64,000 nt of DNA from an uncultured Acidobacteriota bacterium (GCA_963804995.1 CAWDSK010000003.1:608001-672000), one strand, 5' to 3'. Positions 8,978 through 19,525 are shown, numbered from the stretch's first letter. The notes: generated from the letters alone by a model not told the origin. Numbers and translations are program-made.

Positions 8978-10318
8978 ATGACTTCAAGCGCCGCACGCCA
9001 CGAGCAAGTCATGCTGGCCATTACCGGGGCCCAGTTGATTGATGGCGTCCGGCCCGCGCCCGTTCGCTCCAGCGTCCTACTGATCGGACGCGACGGCCGG
9101 ATAGTCGCGGCGGGCCCGGCGCAAGAGGTCTCCGTACCCGAAGGTGTTTCCACGCTGAATGCGGCGGGGATGACACTGCTCCCTGGCCTCATCGACGGGC
9201 ACGTCCACCTGACGTGGGACAAGACTCTTTACACTTTGTCGCCGGCGGATGGCCAGCAAGGACATTTGCGGCCGCCCAATGCGGAACGCGAGCTGGTGCG
9301 GGCCGGGCACTTCGCCCAAATGGCGCTGGCGGCCGGGGTCACAACCGTTCGTGACTGCGGAGCGGATGACTGCGGGGTATTGGCCCTCCGTGACGCGATC
9401 AACGCGGGTGAGTTCCTGGGCCCTCGCATTCTGGCTTCGGGGCGGCCGATCACGACGACGGGCGGCCACCTTTATTCCGGCTGGGGGGCGGACAACATCG
9501 ACGCCCTCCGCGAGGCGGTCCGCTTCATGGCAAATCACGGAGCGGACTTCATCAAGTTAGTGGTGAGCGGTGGTATGACTAGCCCGGGGACAGACGTGGG
9601 CGGGTCGCAATACACGCTAGAAGAAATCCGCGCCGCCGTCGAAGAGTCGCACACCCTTGGCCTGCAAGTGGCGGCGCACGCCATCTCCACGGCAGGTATT
9701 CGTCTGGCTGCCGAAGCCGGTGTCGATACCATCGAGCATTGCTCGTGGATCGGCCGCGACTCCCGGACGGCCATCACGGATGAGGCGGCAGTCGATTGGA
9801 TGGTCAAGAACGATGTGCACGTGGACCATGCCATCATGCCACGGGCTGCTTTGTTCCCTGATGAGTGGGGCAACACGCCATCCCCGGACGAAGAGTGGTG
9901 GCTGAAGCTTCTGAAGGTGCGCTGGCCGTTCCTTCATCACATGCGGCGACGTGGCGTGTGCGTGTTCCTGGGAACCGATGCTGGTTTTGGTCCCTGGCCT
10001 GGCTCAGCGTTCTGGCCCGGATTCGAAGACCTGGCGCGAGCCATCGAGGTTCTGGTACGGTACGGTGAGTTTGCGTCGATGGAAGCGATCAAGATGGTGA
10101 CGGCTGATGCGGCGCGGGCGATGCATTTGGACCGCGAGATTGGAACGATTAAGGCTGGCAAACGCGCCGATCTCATCCTGCTCACCCATGACCCCCTTAA
10201 AGATATTCGCGCCCTGCGCAATGTCGATCGCGTTTTCCGGGACGGGCGGCTGGTGGCCCAGCGGGGCCAGCTTGCGCTGCACCAGAACAATCTAGACATC
10301 GTTACAGCCGTGGTTTGA
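8978..10318 (+). CDS. Metal-dependent amidohydrolase
   Basis: PGLIDGHVH, GVTTVRD, AAHA, IEH, GTDAG and GKRAD motifs. Confidence 0.92.
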   Translation: MTSSAARHEQVMLAITGAQLIDGVRPAPVRSSVLLIGRDGRIVAAGPAQEVSVPEGVSTLNAAGMTLLPGLIDGHVHLTWDKTLYTLSPADGQQGHLRPPNAERELVRAGHFAQMALAAGVTTVRDCGADDCGVLALRDAINAGEFLGPRILASGRPITTTGGHLYSGWGADNIDALREAVRFMANHGADFIKLVVSGGMTSPGTDVGGSQYTLEEIRAAVEESHTLGLQVAAHAISTAGIRLAAEAGVDTIEHCSWIGRDSRTAITDEAAVDWMVKNDVHVDHAIMPRAALFPDEWGNTPSPDEEWWLKLLKVRWPFLHHMRRRGVCVFLGTDAGFGPWPGSAFWPGFEDLARAIEVLVRYGEFASMEAIKMVTADAARAMHLDREIGTIKAGKRADLILLTHDPLKDIRALRNVDRVFRDGRLVAQRGQLALHQNNLDIVTAVV

Positions 10319-10360
10319 AGGTATATAGTGGTGGCGAGGATAGAGGGTTAGCGTGTCAAA

Positions 10361-10627
10361 ATGGACAGCGAAGAAATAGCCAGGCACATCCAAGAGCAAG
10401 AGCGCAAACGTAAAAGGGGCGTCTATGATGCGGAGGCACGCCGAGAGAAGTCCAAAATCCTGCGCAATGTTCAAGAATTTGCAAAGTATGAGGATTTTGA
10501 GGGGTTTTCCCGAATGCTTGACACGCTGAATGTTACGGATGTAGAGAGACGGCGCGTCGCGGTCGCTCAGTTCTATCAGATGGTGCGCGATTACAAGAGG
10601 AAAGGGAGCGCGAAGCCTCGGCGTTAG
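10361..10627 (+). CDS. Hypothetical 88-aa charged helical protein
   Basis: ORF in an AT-richer patch; no motif recognised. Confidence 0.55.
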   Translation: MDSEEIARHIQEQERKRKRGVYDAEARREKSKILRNVQEFAKYEDFEGFSRMLDTLNVTDVERRRVAVAQFYQMVRDYKRKGSAKPRR

Positions 10628-10733
10628 CCGCTTTCAGCCTCGCTAGTTGTTCCTCTTTTGGAAGATCGCGAAGCGAGTCCTCAATAATTGATGCAATTAT
10701 TTTGAGTGGCTTTTGTTTCTTCTCTTTTGCCAT
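10533..10733 (-). CDS. Hypothetical small protein (MAKEKKQKPL...)
   Basis: Protein-like N-terminal half; 3' end overlaps the opposite ORF. Confidence 0.35.
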   Translation of the reverse strand: MAKEKKQKPLKIIASIIEDSLRDLPKEEQLARLKAANAEASRSLSSCNRAPSDRTERPRRAVSLHP

Positions 10734-10926
10734 TTCAAAGCCTTGGGGCTTTTCTCGGACTATGCTTATGATCCCTGAATGATAGTAAGCGAAGCCGCTT
10801 GGGATGTCAATTAGGATTGGGAGTAGCGCAGTTTGAACTTTCCCAAACTGTACCCGATTCCGCGGATCAAACGTCGCGCAATTAACATCATACTGTGACA
10901 CTGCCATTTTGGAGAGTGTGTAACCC

Positions 10927-11113
10927 ATGAAGTCCGACGAACTTTACGCGCGCGCCCAAAAGCACCTGGTGGGAGGATGGTCTGACCCGAGGATTGCACT
11001 TCCACGACTACGGCCACACCATGCACCACGGCTTTTCTTCCCAGCATTCGCTCGCCGACATTGAGGAATCGCTGAATATCATTTACCTATCACGGGTGGC
11101 GGTTAGGAGATAG
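10927..11113 (+). pseudogene. Internally deleted class III aminotransferase (HemL/GSA-like)
   Basis: MKSDELYARAQKHLVGG N-terminus joined out of frame to GLHFHDYGHTMHHGFSSQHSLADIEESLNII C-terminus. Confidence 0.75.
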
Positions 11114-11186
11114 CCCCCCGGTTGCAAATTCAAATTAACTCCGCCCTGTGCTATGATTTGGGGATTCGAAAGGAGAGAACCCCAGC

Positions 11187-11546
11187 GTGCTTGACCAATA
11201 CGGACCCATCGTAATTTTTGGTGTGATTGCGGCACTGTTCGCGCCGGTGACGCTGTGGCTCTTCAAGTTTATCCGCCCCACCTTTCAGCCCACCCCGGAA
11301 AAGGTGATGCCCTATGAGTGCGGCATCACGCCGGAATCCGACTCCCGGGGCCGTTACACGGTTCGCTTCTACGTTGTGGCGATTCTCTTCCTCGTCTTCG
11401 ACGTGGAGACGGTTTTCCTCTACCCCTGGGCCGTGCAGTATCAGGCGCTGGGACTCTTTGGGCTGGTCGAGATGCTGGTCTTCCTCGGCATTCTGATTGT
11501 CGGCTACGTGTGGCTCTGGAAACGTGGCGCGCTGAATTGGATTTAG
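11187..11546 (+). CDS. nuoA: NADH-quinone oxidoreductase subunit A
   Basis: PYECG, FLVFDVETVFLYPWAV and WKRGALNW motifs. Confidence 0.95.
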   Translation: MLDQYGPIVIFGVIAALFAPVTLWLFKFIRPTFQPTPEKVMPYECGITPESDSRGRYTVRFYVVAILFLVFDVETVFLYPWAVQYQALGLFGLVEMLVFLGILIVGYVWLWKRGALNWI

Positions 11547-11550
11547 AGAT

Positions 11551-11713
11551 CACCACCAAGGCACCAGGAAAAACCTGGAGCCAAAAAGCAGAGTTCACCA
11601 CCAAGGCACCAAGACACCAAGAAAAACTTTAAGTTAAAAAGCAGAGATGGGCAGACTGCAGCAATATTGTGTTTGAGTTCTGCTATTCTTTGTGTCTTGG
11701 TGTCTTGGTGGTG
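11551..11713. repeat. CACCAAG(G/A) 8-bp repeat arrays with an inverted partner
   Basis: caccaccaaggcaccaagacaccaag ... ctttgtgtcttggtgtcttggtggtg. Confidence 0.85.
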
Positions 11714-11743
11714 CATCCTGTAGTTTTCGATTGGAGTGGCGCG

Positions 11744-13646
11744 ATGTCTTACGACAAGGCAGCAATTGTATCGTCCGACGAACTCCTGGCGCTTGCAGAA
11801 CAGGTTTTTTCCGCTGTCGAGGGCGGAAAACCGGATGAGGTACGGGCACGGTTACAGTCGGAGTTGGCAGAGCACCGTTTTTCCAGCCTTCGCGCCTATG
11901 CCGGCTCACTTGAGGAGGACTCGTCTCATCCCGCGAATTATTATCTTGCGATTGACGCCCTGGACGGAACAAGCACGCAGCCACTGCTCGTGCAAATGAG
12001 CCCCGCCTCGGTAATCCCGGCGGCCCGGTTCGGGAACCCGCTTCGAGCCGACCACCTGCGTCTTTCAGGTGGCCGCGAAGTTGATTTGAAGGCCTATTCG
12101 TTCACCTCGCGCGATCACGCCAACCTTCGGACCTTCGCCGAGGAAGTTGCTCCGACCTTCCTGCCGCGGCCACAACGCGAGCTCCCCGCCATTGCGGCAG
12201 GCAACCGGCATCCGGAAATCAGCTTGCCCGCCGTCTTCGCAGGGTTTCGGACCATCCTCGAGAAGCTGGGCGTAAACATGGCGTCCACGGTGCAGCTCTC
12301 CGCCACGCGCGAGATGACCACAGACAACGTTATCGCCGCCCGCGATGGGGAGGATCCGGTCGCCGTCGGTCACACGCGCATCTCGATTCGCCACTTGTAC
12401 CATGCAGGGCTTTGGGCGGCGGTACGCGCCGGGTGGCGTGCCGGCTATACGGCGGAGGCCGACCACTTTATTGTATCGGGCTCGAACGGAGGCGGAAATT
12501 GCGCGTTCGGTGGAAGTGGTCAAGGAAGCGATTCGCCACGCCGCGGGTTACACAAAATTCACCACTGACACTTCGCGCCTGTTCGAGCTCGAAAGCGACC
12601 TGCGCCATCCCCGCGCCTGGGGCACCTCGGCTGTGGAAGAGAGATTCCACAAGATCTTCCTGTCGGATGAGGCGCGCTGGATCCTGGCAGAATTCTCCAA
12701 ACCCTTCCAGATTGCTGAGACCACTTACAGTTTTTCGCGAGAAGAAATTCTTCGACTTGCCGTGAAGTTTGGGCGAAGCATCCAGCTCAATGAAGAACTC
12801 TTCAATTATATCCGGGCCGCGAAGGCGGGATTGCGCTCGGGCAAGGACTTTGATTTCGAGCCCTCGCTGGATGAAGCTGAAACGCTGACCACGCCGAAGG
12901 AGTTGCTTTTCTATATGCACTGGTTGAAGGCGCGGGGGCGCCCGGCCCAACTGGTTCCTCCCAATCTGGGATTCAAGAAACGTCAGGCCTACCCCGCGGC
13001 GTTAGAGACCACCTCCGAGCACGGAATCGGTTTGGAGGATTACTCCAACCACAAAATGTGGCCGGAACTTGTGCCACGCGTGCGGCGGGATTTCGCGTCA
13101 AAGCCTCTCGCGGAACTGGCGGCCCGGGTGGCGGAACTCGCCGCCGTGGCCCAATATTTCGATGGCACCCTGAGCATTCACTCCGGCAGCGGCAAGCAGG
13201 CGGAAGTGCTGGAAGCGATTGGCCACTCAACGCATGGCCGGGTGAATTACAAAATCTCAGGCGAACTCCAGTTGCAACTCCTGGATGTCCTTTCGGAGCA
13301 ACCTGCCAGCTCGCCCTGGCGCCAGCTTTTCGAGCGCATGGTCAACCGGGCCAATCAGTTTGCATCAACCGGAGCCTTTGGGGCGGAAAGCGAATTGGCC
13401 GCGCAGTATGCGAACATGGGCCGCGAATTTTACCTGGGCGACTCGTCGCGCGGGCGCGTGGATGGGAACCTCTTCCTTGTTTTCTGGCTGGGAAACGTGG
13501 TGGGCAGCCACGACAATCAATCACCCGATGGCGACCAGCGCTTTTTCAAAGAGAAGCTCGACGAGCTGCCGGAAGATTTGCTGGCGGAGGTGCGCCGGAG
13601 AAACTCGCGCTACATCGTCTGGCTCGCCGAGCATCTGCGCGGGTGA
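11744..13646 (+). CDS. uxaE: Tagaturonate epimerase (UxaE) family protein, frameshifted near 12486
   Basis: AEADH, KFTTDTS, DFEPSLDE and SIHSGSGK motifs; removing one A at ~12486 joins the two ORFs. Confidence 0.7.
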
Positions 13647-13791
13647 ATTGAGCTTCCCCTCCCTCGCCGGGATTTCTCACGACCGCTTTGGAAGGGCGGG
13701 GTTACACCGGCGCACTTACAAGGCCATAATTCCTGGAGCGCGTTGCTCACCAATGGGCAATCCACCCCGGTGCTCTAGTGCCACCCACCGT

Positions 13792-13942
13792 AACCACCCC
13801 GGCGCTCTCAGCGCCACCCCTCCTGAATCAGGAGGGGAGTTCTTAAGAACACTCCCCGCCTCAAATGAGGAGGGGTGGCGGGCCGAGCCCCGATAGCGTG
13901 TTTTTTCCAAATTGATCATCGGGGCCGAGCCCCGGGGTGGTG
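13792..13942. repeat. Multi-hairpin repeat (ACCACCCCGG..CCCCTCCT..AGGAGGGG..CCGGGGTGGT)
   Basis: Nested inverted repeats. Confidence 0.75.
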
Positions 13943-14084
13943 CTGACAAGGATATTTGCCATCTCGAGGAAACACTTGACTTTCGCTTTGTCTTCGCCTA
14001 TTTTATTTCCTCCCGAATAACCCAGGCATTGCCACGATTTGTTGGGGATTGGCGGGTTATTCACCTTTGTCAATGGAGGAACCT

Positions 14085-14591
14085 ATGGCACTGAACGAAG
14101 GATTGCTCGCGGAATTCGACAAGGAGATGGCCGGCGCTCGAAAAACATTGGAGCGCGTGCCCGACGATAAATTCGATTGGAAACCGCACGCGAAATCGAT
14201 GACCTTCCGCCAGTTGGCCTTGCACCTGGCTTTGTTCCCAAGCTGGATGACCATGACCCTCGCAGGTTCATCCTTTGATTACGCCCCCGTGGGAGGCGCG
14301 CCGTATCAGCCCCCCGCCGCAAACTCGCACAGGGACCTGCTGGAGATATTTGACCGCGACCTGCCCAAAGCGCGGGAAGGCCTGAAGGGCTCAACTGATG
14401 CTCAGCTCTTGGAAACTTGGACCTTGCTGGCGGGGGGGAAGACGATCTTCACAATGCCGAAGATTGCGGTACTGCGCGGCATGGTGATGAACCACATGAT
14501 TCACCACCGCGCCCAACTGGGAGTCTACCTGCGGCTGAACGATATCCCGGTGCCTGCCCTCTATGGTCCGTCGGCAGACGAGCAGGCGTAA
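14085..14591 (+). CDS. DinB family protein
   Basis: WKPHAKSM, LALH and NHMIHHRAQL motifs; GGAGGA RBS. Confidence 0.92.
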   Translation: MALNEGLLAEFDKEMAGARKTLERVPDDKFDWKPHAKSMTFRQLALHLALFPSWMTMTLAGSSFDYAPVGGAPYQPPAANSHRDLLEIFDRDLPKAREGLKGSTDAQLLETWTLLAGGKTIFTMPKIAVLRGMVMNHMIHHRAQLGVYLRLNDIPVPALYGPSADEQA

Positions 14592-14639
14592 GTAGCGGCG
14601 GGTTTACCCCGCCATATGGCGGCGTAAAGCCGCCTCTAC
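14592..14639. repeat. REP-like family B (GTAGCGGCGGGTTTACCCCGCCA...CTAC)
   Basis: Also at 23138-23208, 25858-25932 and 56346-56414; GTAG/CTAC ends. Confidence 0.88.
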
Positions 14640-14673
14640 GTCATACTGGCCCACTGCGCAAATCGGGGGCCGC

Positions 14674-15921
14674 TCACTGGACGCGGTAGAGCATTTCGCC
14701 GGCGCGGGGCACTAGCAGAATGCCCTCGTCCTCGCGGCCTTCCCATTCCTCGCGCTTGACGGTCGAAGGGTCAAGATACTTCAGATTGACGTGTTCGGTG
14801 CGCTCTTTTGAGATGCCGGTAGAGAGCGTCACCTCAACGCGTGGCGTCTCCTTATGGGTGGAGGCGTTGTACTCGCCCAGACCTTTGAGGTGCGTCGAGT
14901 GCGCCAGGATGCCGCCCGGGTACGATTTGAACTTATCCCACTGCGCCAGAAAGTAGTCACGGCAGTGGTAGCCAACTTCTTCAATCAGCTTGCCGTGCGT
15001 GTAACTGATTTCGTCGATATGCGGCGCAAAGATCACCACCTCGCCGCCATCGGCCACCGCGGGCTCCATCTTGTACATCCCCTTGGAGCCGGTCCAGATA
15101 TCGTCATAAAGCTGGGGCATGACGGAGAGCACGCGCTTGAAGGGCTTCTTCACATAAACAATGTGCTTCTGCGCGGAGAGCGCTGAGGCCGCTTTCCAAG
15201 CCTCCTGGGGCGTGCCAAAATAGATTCCCGACGTCCCCTCATGCTTCACCACCAGCGCGAGACAAGATGAGGGCCGGTCGATGAACCCGGCTGCCCGGTC
15301 AATGATGGCGCGGACGGGCGTGTAGCCGGACCCGATGATCTTGTAATTGGTCATCAGGGCGCCGAACCAGTGTGTCAGGTTGATGATTTCCGATCCCGCA
15401 ATGCCGGGGAAGAAGTATTTGGTGCCACCGGAGAAGCCGACCACTTCATGCGGGAAGACCGGGCCACAAATAATGAGCTGGTCATAGTCGTAGATCAGCT
15501 TGTTGAGCCGCACAGGCACTTCCTGAGTCAGCAACCCACCGGTAAGTTCACCGATCTCAGCCGCAGGAATCACTCCCAGGGTGGCGAAGGTGGACGGGTC
15601 CTCCCAATGGTGGTTGAAGATGCGGGTCTTGCCGGTTTTCCCATTGATGACGGGGCGGCCGACGAGCTTGCTGAGGTGCTCGTCGGTCATGATCGGGTGC
15701 GTGCCGAGCGCCACCAGGAAATCCAAGGCAGCCACGCGCGGACCCAGGTTCGCTTCCAGGAAGTCGAACATCAGTGGCATGGGCATGGTGCGGGTGCCAT
15801 CGGGGATGATCACCAGCACACGCTTTCCATTCACGGCCAACGAGCCCAAACCCTCCTGGACAACCTGGCTGATTTCCTCCCGGGTCAAATAGCGATCCGC
15901 GAAACCTATTCCTACCACCAT
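14674..15921 (-). CDS. LarA-family (lactate racemase domain) alpha-hydroxy acid epimerase
   Basis: PDGTR, ALGTH, NHHW and PHEVVGFSGGTK motifs. Confidence 0.88.
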   Translation of the reverse strand: MVVGIGFADRYLTREEISQVVQEGLGSLAVNGKRVLVIIPDGTRTMPMPLMFDFLEANLGPRVAALDFLVALGTHPIMTDEHLSKLVGRPVINGKTGKTRIFNHHWEDPSTFATLGVIPAAEIGELTGGLLTQEVPVRLNKLIYDYDQLIICGPVFPHEVVGFSGGTKYFFPGIAGSEIINLTHWFGALMTNYKIIGSGYTPVRAIIDRAAGFIDRPSSCLALVVKHEGTSGIYFGTPQEAWKAASALSAQKHIVYVKKPFKRVLSVMPQLYDDIWTGSKGMYKMEPAVADGGEVVIFAPHIDEISYTHGKLIEEVGYHCRDYFLAQWDKFKSYPGGILAHSTHLKGLGEYNASTHKETPRVEVTLSTGISKERTEHVNLKYLDPSTVKREEWEGREDEGILLVPRAGEMLYRVQ

Positions 15922-15968
15922 CGACTTCCTCCCTTGGAGAACTTCGACATCATATTTTCTGACATCGG

Positions 15969-16802
15969 TCAAACTCCACTATACACCGAAAAACCTCCGT
16001 CAATCGGAAGAACGACTCCGGTCACAAAGGACGAAGCTGGGGAGAGCAGCCAAAGGACGGCTCCGAACAAATCTTCCGGCTGGCCGAAACGCCCCATAGG
16101 GGTATGGTCAATTACCGACCTGCCGCGTTTAGTCAGTTCACCCGTCTTCTCATCCGTCATTAGAAACCTGTTTTGCCGGGTCAGAAAGAACCCTGGGGCC
16201 ACGGCGTTCACGCGAATTCGCGGCGAATACTCCTGGGCCATGTGGACAGCCAGCCACTGCGTGAAGTTACTGACCCCGGCCTTGGCGGCCGAGTAGGCCG
16301 GTACGCGCGTCAGGGGGCGCAGGGCGTTCATCGAGGAGATATTGAGAATGACCCCTTCTCCCCTTTCCGCCATGAGCTTCCCAAACACCTGCGAGGGCAG
16401 GATCGTCCCCAGCATATTGAGGTCAAACACCCAGCGGAAAGCGTCCGTGGGCAAATCGAAAAACGACAGGTCGGCGCTGGTCGTGGCCTGGGGTTTGTTG
16501 CCCCCCGCCGCATTCACCAGGCAATTGACCGCCCCGAACTTCTTCGCGATGGTTTCAGAAGCTTGCCGCAAGCTGTCCAGGTCCAGAACGTCGGCGCGGA
16601 CCGCCACGGCCTGGTTGGCGCGAGGCTCCATGAGGTCCAGGATATGCTGTACGGGATCCAGGTTGCGGTCCAGAATCGCAACATTGGCCCCGCACCCCAC
16701 CAGGGCGCAGGCAATTTCGCCCCCCAGGATTCCTGTACCGCCGGTAATAACAACCGTTTGCCCGCTGAAATCATAAAGTCGGGCTAATTCAGATGAGTCC
16801 AT
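15969..16802 (-). CDS. SDR, D-mannonate oxidoreductase (fructuronate reductase)-like
   Basis: TGGTGILG, NAAGGN, SSMN, PLTRVPAYSAAK and FTQWLAVH motifs. Confidence 0.85.
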   Translation of the reverse strand: MDSSELARLYDFSGQTVVITGGTGILGGEIACALVGCGANVAILDRNLDPVQHILDLMEPRANQAVAVRADVLDLDSLRQASETIAKKFGAVNCLVNAAGGNKPQATTSADLSFFDLPTDAFRWVFDLNMLGTILPSQVFGKLMAERGEGVILNISSMNALRPLTRVPAYSAAKAGVSNFTQWLAVHMAQEYSPRIRVNAVAPGFFLTRQNRFLMTDEKTGELTKRGRSVIDHTPMGRFGQPEDLFGAVLWLLSPASSFVTGVVLPIDGGFSVYSGV

Positions 16803-17047
16803 TAAGGTATGACCTCCACATAGGTATGCAACGCAGGTTGCGATGAGGCGCCTGATTTGGTTTGGATATCACACAGCACGCTTCCACTAGAACCAGCGCG
16901 GGTAGTGTCAGAGTCCCATCGCATCGAAGACTTGGTGGAGGTGTAGGCTAACACTCCCATACGGGTAGGCGCAAGAGGCGCATGCATTTCTTGCTTGTTT
17001 TTTTCGCGGGGTGTTAGGATGCTGCACCTAATGTCCTTCTGCCGAGG

Positions 17048-17851
17048 TTGATAACCGTGAACACATATGCAGGACTGAGTTTGGATGGAAAGCAAGCGCT
17101 CGTGCTGGGGGGTACGAGCGGCCTGGGGAAATCCATTGCCCTGGGATTTTCTGAAGCGGGCGCTAACGTGGTGGCCGTTAGCCGGCGCGCCGAAGAAGTG
17201 GCGAAAACGGCTGCGGAAATCCGGGCGCGGCAGCGGCGCACGCTCCAAGTGACCGCCGACGTGACAAGCCGCAGGGACCTCCAGCGCGTCGTCGATCTGA
17301 TGCTCGCCGAATTTGCCCGGATTGATATCCTGGTTAACTCAGCGGGAATCACCAAGCGCGTGCCCTCGCTCGAAATGAGCCTGGAGGATTGGAACCGGAT
17401 TATGAACACGAACCTGAACGGTACCTGGAACGCGTGCCAGTTAGTGGGCCAAGTGATGAAGGAGCAGCAGTATGGCCGCATCATCAACCTGGGTTCCATC
17501 ACGTCGTTCCAAGGCTCCTATGAGGCTACGGCTTATTGCGCGAGCAAAGGCGCCGTCCTGATGCTGACGCGCGCCTTGGCCGTCGAATGGGCGAAATATC
17601 ACATCACGGTCAACGCCCTGGCGCCGGGTTTCTTTGAGACTCCCCTCAACCAGGGAATCTTCAAGGATCCCGTGCGCAAGGCGTCAATCCTGGCGCGTAC
17701 CCCTATGCGGCGATTCGGCCACGCCGAAGAAGTCCAGGGGGCCGCTATCTTCCTCGCCTCTGATAGTGCGCGCTTTGTGACCGGAGAGATTCTGTCCGTC
17801 GACGGAGGATTTCTGGTGCAAGGTATCGGCGAAGGGCCACCAGCGTCGTGA
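17048..17851 (+). CDS. SDR, KduD/gluconate 5-dehydrogenase-like
   Basis: GGTSGLG, NSAG, YCASK and VDGG motifs. Confidence 0.88.
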   Translation: MITVNTYAGLSLDGKQALVLGGTSGLGKSIALGFSEAGANVVAVSRRAEEVAKTAAEIRARQRRTLQVTADVTSRRDLQRVVDLMLAEFARIDILVNSAGITKRVPSLEMSLEDWNRIMNTNLNGTWNACQLVGQVMKEQQYGRIINLGSITSFQGSYEATAYCASKGAVLMLTRALAVEWAKYHITVNALAPGFFETPLNQGIFKDPVRKASILARTPMRRFGHAEEVQGAAIFLASDSARFVTGEILSVDGGFLVQGIGEGPPAS

Positions 17852-18050
17852 GCAAGCGTAGCTCCTATCTATTCGGTAGGTCAGGGGCAATCTATAACTG
17901 AATACCACTGCTTGCTTCTGGCCATCACTTCGCATGCCCACTTAAACGCTCAGAACTAATTGCAGTTCCCGAACCGAGTTTTTCCGCAGCCGGTGAAGCC
18001 CTGCCTTGCAATCGCCTTCAAAACCACACTGCCTGGTGAGAAATCCGTTC

Positions 18051-19244
18051 TTAGCGCGTCTCTCGGGCGAGGGAATCAGCCCCGCCCGTAAGCCACTCAA
18101 GCGAGAAGCGCGCGAACGTGACCCTTTCCGCGGCGTGGTGGCGTCCCCTTTCGTAGAGGCAGCCAATCTGCATATCCGGAAGCACCGTTAAACACGAGTA
18201 GGCTGAACCGCCCGCATTCAACAGCTTCGCGACAGGCCACGTCTTCCCCTCATCGTAACTGAGGCGCACGGTCATGCGAACGCGGTCGTCTGAGCTGGCG
18301 GGATTGGAAAAGAGCAGGCGGTTTTTTGTGAAAGGCGGAGACTGGGTATAGCGGATGAAGCTCGCCTCGCATGTTGGCTCAATCAGCATGGGATCGCTCG
18401 CAACCTTCGACCAGGTCAGACCGCCGTCTTTGCTAAGGGAGATCCCACGGTGGCCCTTATCCTCGTAGTTGCGCATGTTGATCATCAGCGAGCCATCGCT
18501 CAGTTCCACGATTTGATCTTCATCCATCTTCCCTTCAATCGTGCCGCCCAAGTGCCAGCTTCGCCCATGGTCGTCGCTGTAAATAATGTGGTCGGTCCCC
18601 ACATCTCCATTCAGGTGAGTGCAAGGAATAACCAAGCGTCCGCTGCGCAGTTGGATTCCCACGCCTGGACCGGGAACGATGCGGTTCCATCCCCGCTGAT
18701 TGACCGACCGGGTGATGTCAATGGGGCCGGACCACGTGGCGCCCTCATCATTACTGTGCATAATCCACATGTCGCTGACGCGGCCCGTGGCTTTCGAAAC
18801 CGCATCGTTGTTCTTATATTTCTTCGTAAACGTCCGAATGAGCAGCAACCAGATCGTTCCCGTGTCGCGATCAACGACTACGGTCGGGTTGCTCACCGCA
18901 TTGGTCCCGTCACGCTTGACAAGTTGGGGCGCAGTCCACGTCTTGCCTTCATCCGAACTCCTGCGCATCATGATCTCAATGTGACCCTGGTCCTCCCAAC
19001 TGTCTTTGCGCGCCTCAACGAATGCCAGCACGGTGCCTTTGGGAGTGGTTATCAAGGCAGGAATGCGGTACACGGTATAGCCACCTTCGCCGCCGATAAA
19101 CAGGTCCGTCTGCTCGGGTTCTGGTACGGCTTGCGGCGCACGCTCTGCTTTTGAGAGCGGGCCACGGACAGTCGGCAAAAGCAGCGATCCCAAAATGGCG
19201 AACGGAATCACGATGAGACGCACGCGCAATTGGTTGTTTGCCAT
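18051..19244 (-). CDS. Sialidase (GH33), secreted
   Basis: YRIP motif and five SxDxGxTW Asp boxes. Confidence 0.92.
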   Translation of the reverse strand: MANNQLRVRLIVIPFAILGSLLLPTVRGPLSKAERAPQAVPEPEQTDLFIGGEGGYTVYRIPALITTPKGTVLAFVEARKDSWEDQGHIEIMMRRSSDEGKTWTAPQLVKRDGTNAVSNPTVVVDRDTGTIWLLLIRTFTKKYKNNDAVSKATGRVSDMWIMHSNDEGATWSGPIDITRSVNQRGWNRIVPGPGVGIQLRSGRLVIPCTHLNGDVGTDHIIYSDDHGRSWHLGGTIEGKMDEDQIVELSDGSLMINMRNYEDKGHRGISLSKDGGLTWSKVASDPMLIEPTCEASFIRYTQSPPFTKNRLLFSNPASSDDRVRMTVRLSYDEGKTWPVAKLLNAGGSAYSCLTVLPDMQIGCLYERGRHHAAERVTFARFSLEWLTGGADSLARETR

Positions 19245-19404
19245 GACGCTCTACCCTACCCTCCTTTGGCACTAACTATGGTGTGGCCAAATCCGAAAGT
19301 GTCACGGTGCCATTTTAGTTCCTCCCAATATTTTAGGGATGGATTTGTGATAGCACGCGTAGCGGAGCCACACGTAAAAAGTCATAGGAAGAAAACGCAT
19401 GAAG

Positions 19405-19525
19405 CTGGGAAAATAAGTGGGACCTCGCTCGCTATGCCCCGCGGAGAGCAACATGTGGGACAAATCCCCGCCATGACAAAAAGTCGTGGGCTTGCACCAT
19501 TGGCCTGGGCAGAGCACGCGGTGTC
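19405..19525. promoter_or_regulatory. Conserved upstream element, copy 1
   Basis: Aligns with 54451-54575; GTGGGAC motifs 38 bp apart in both copies. Confidence 0.65.
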
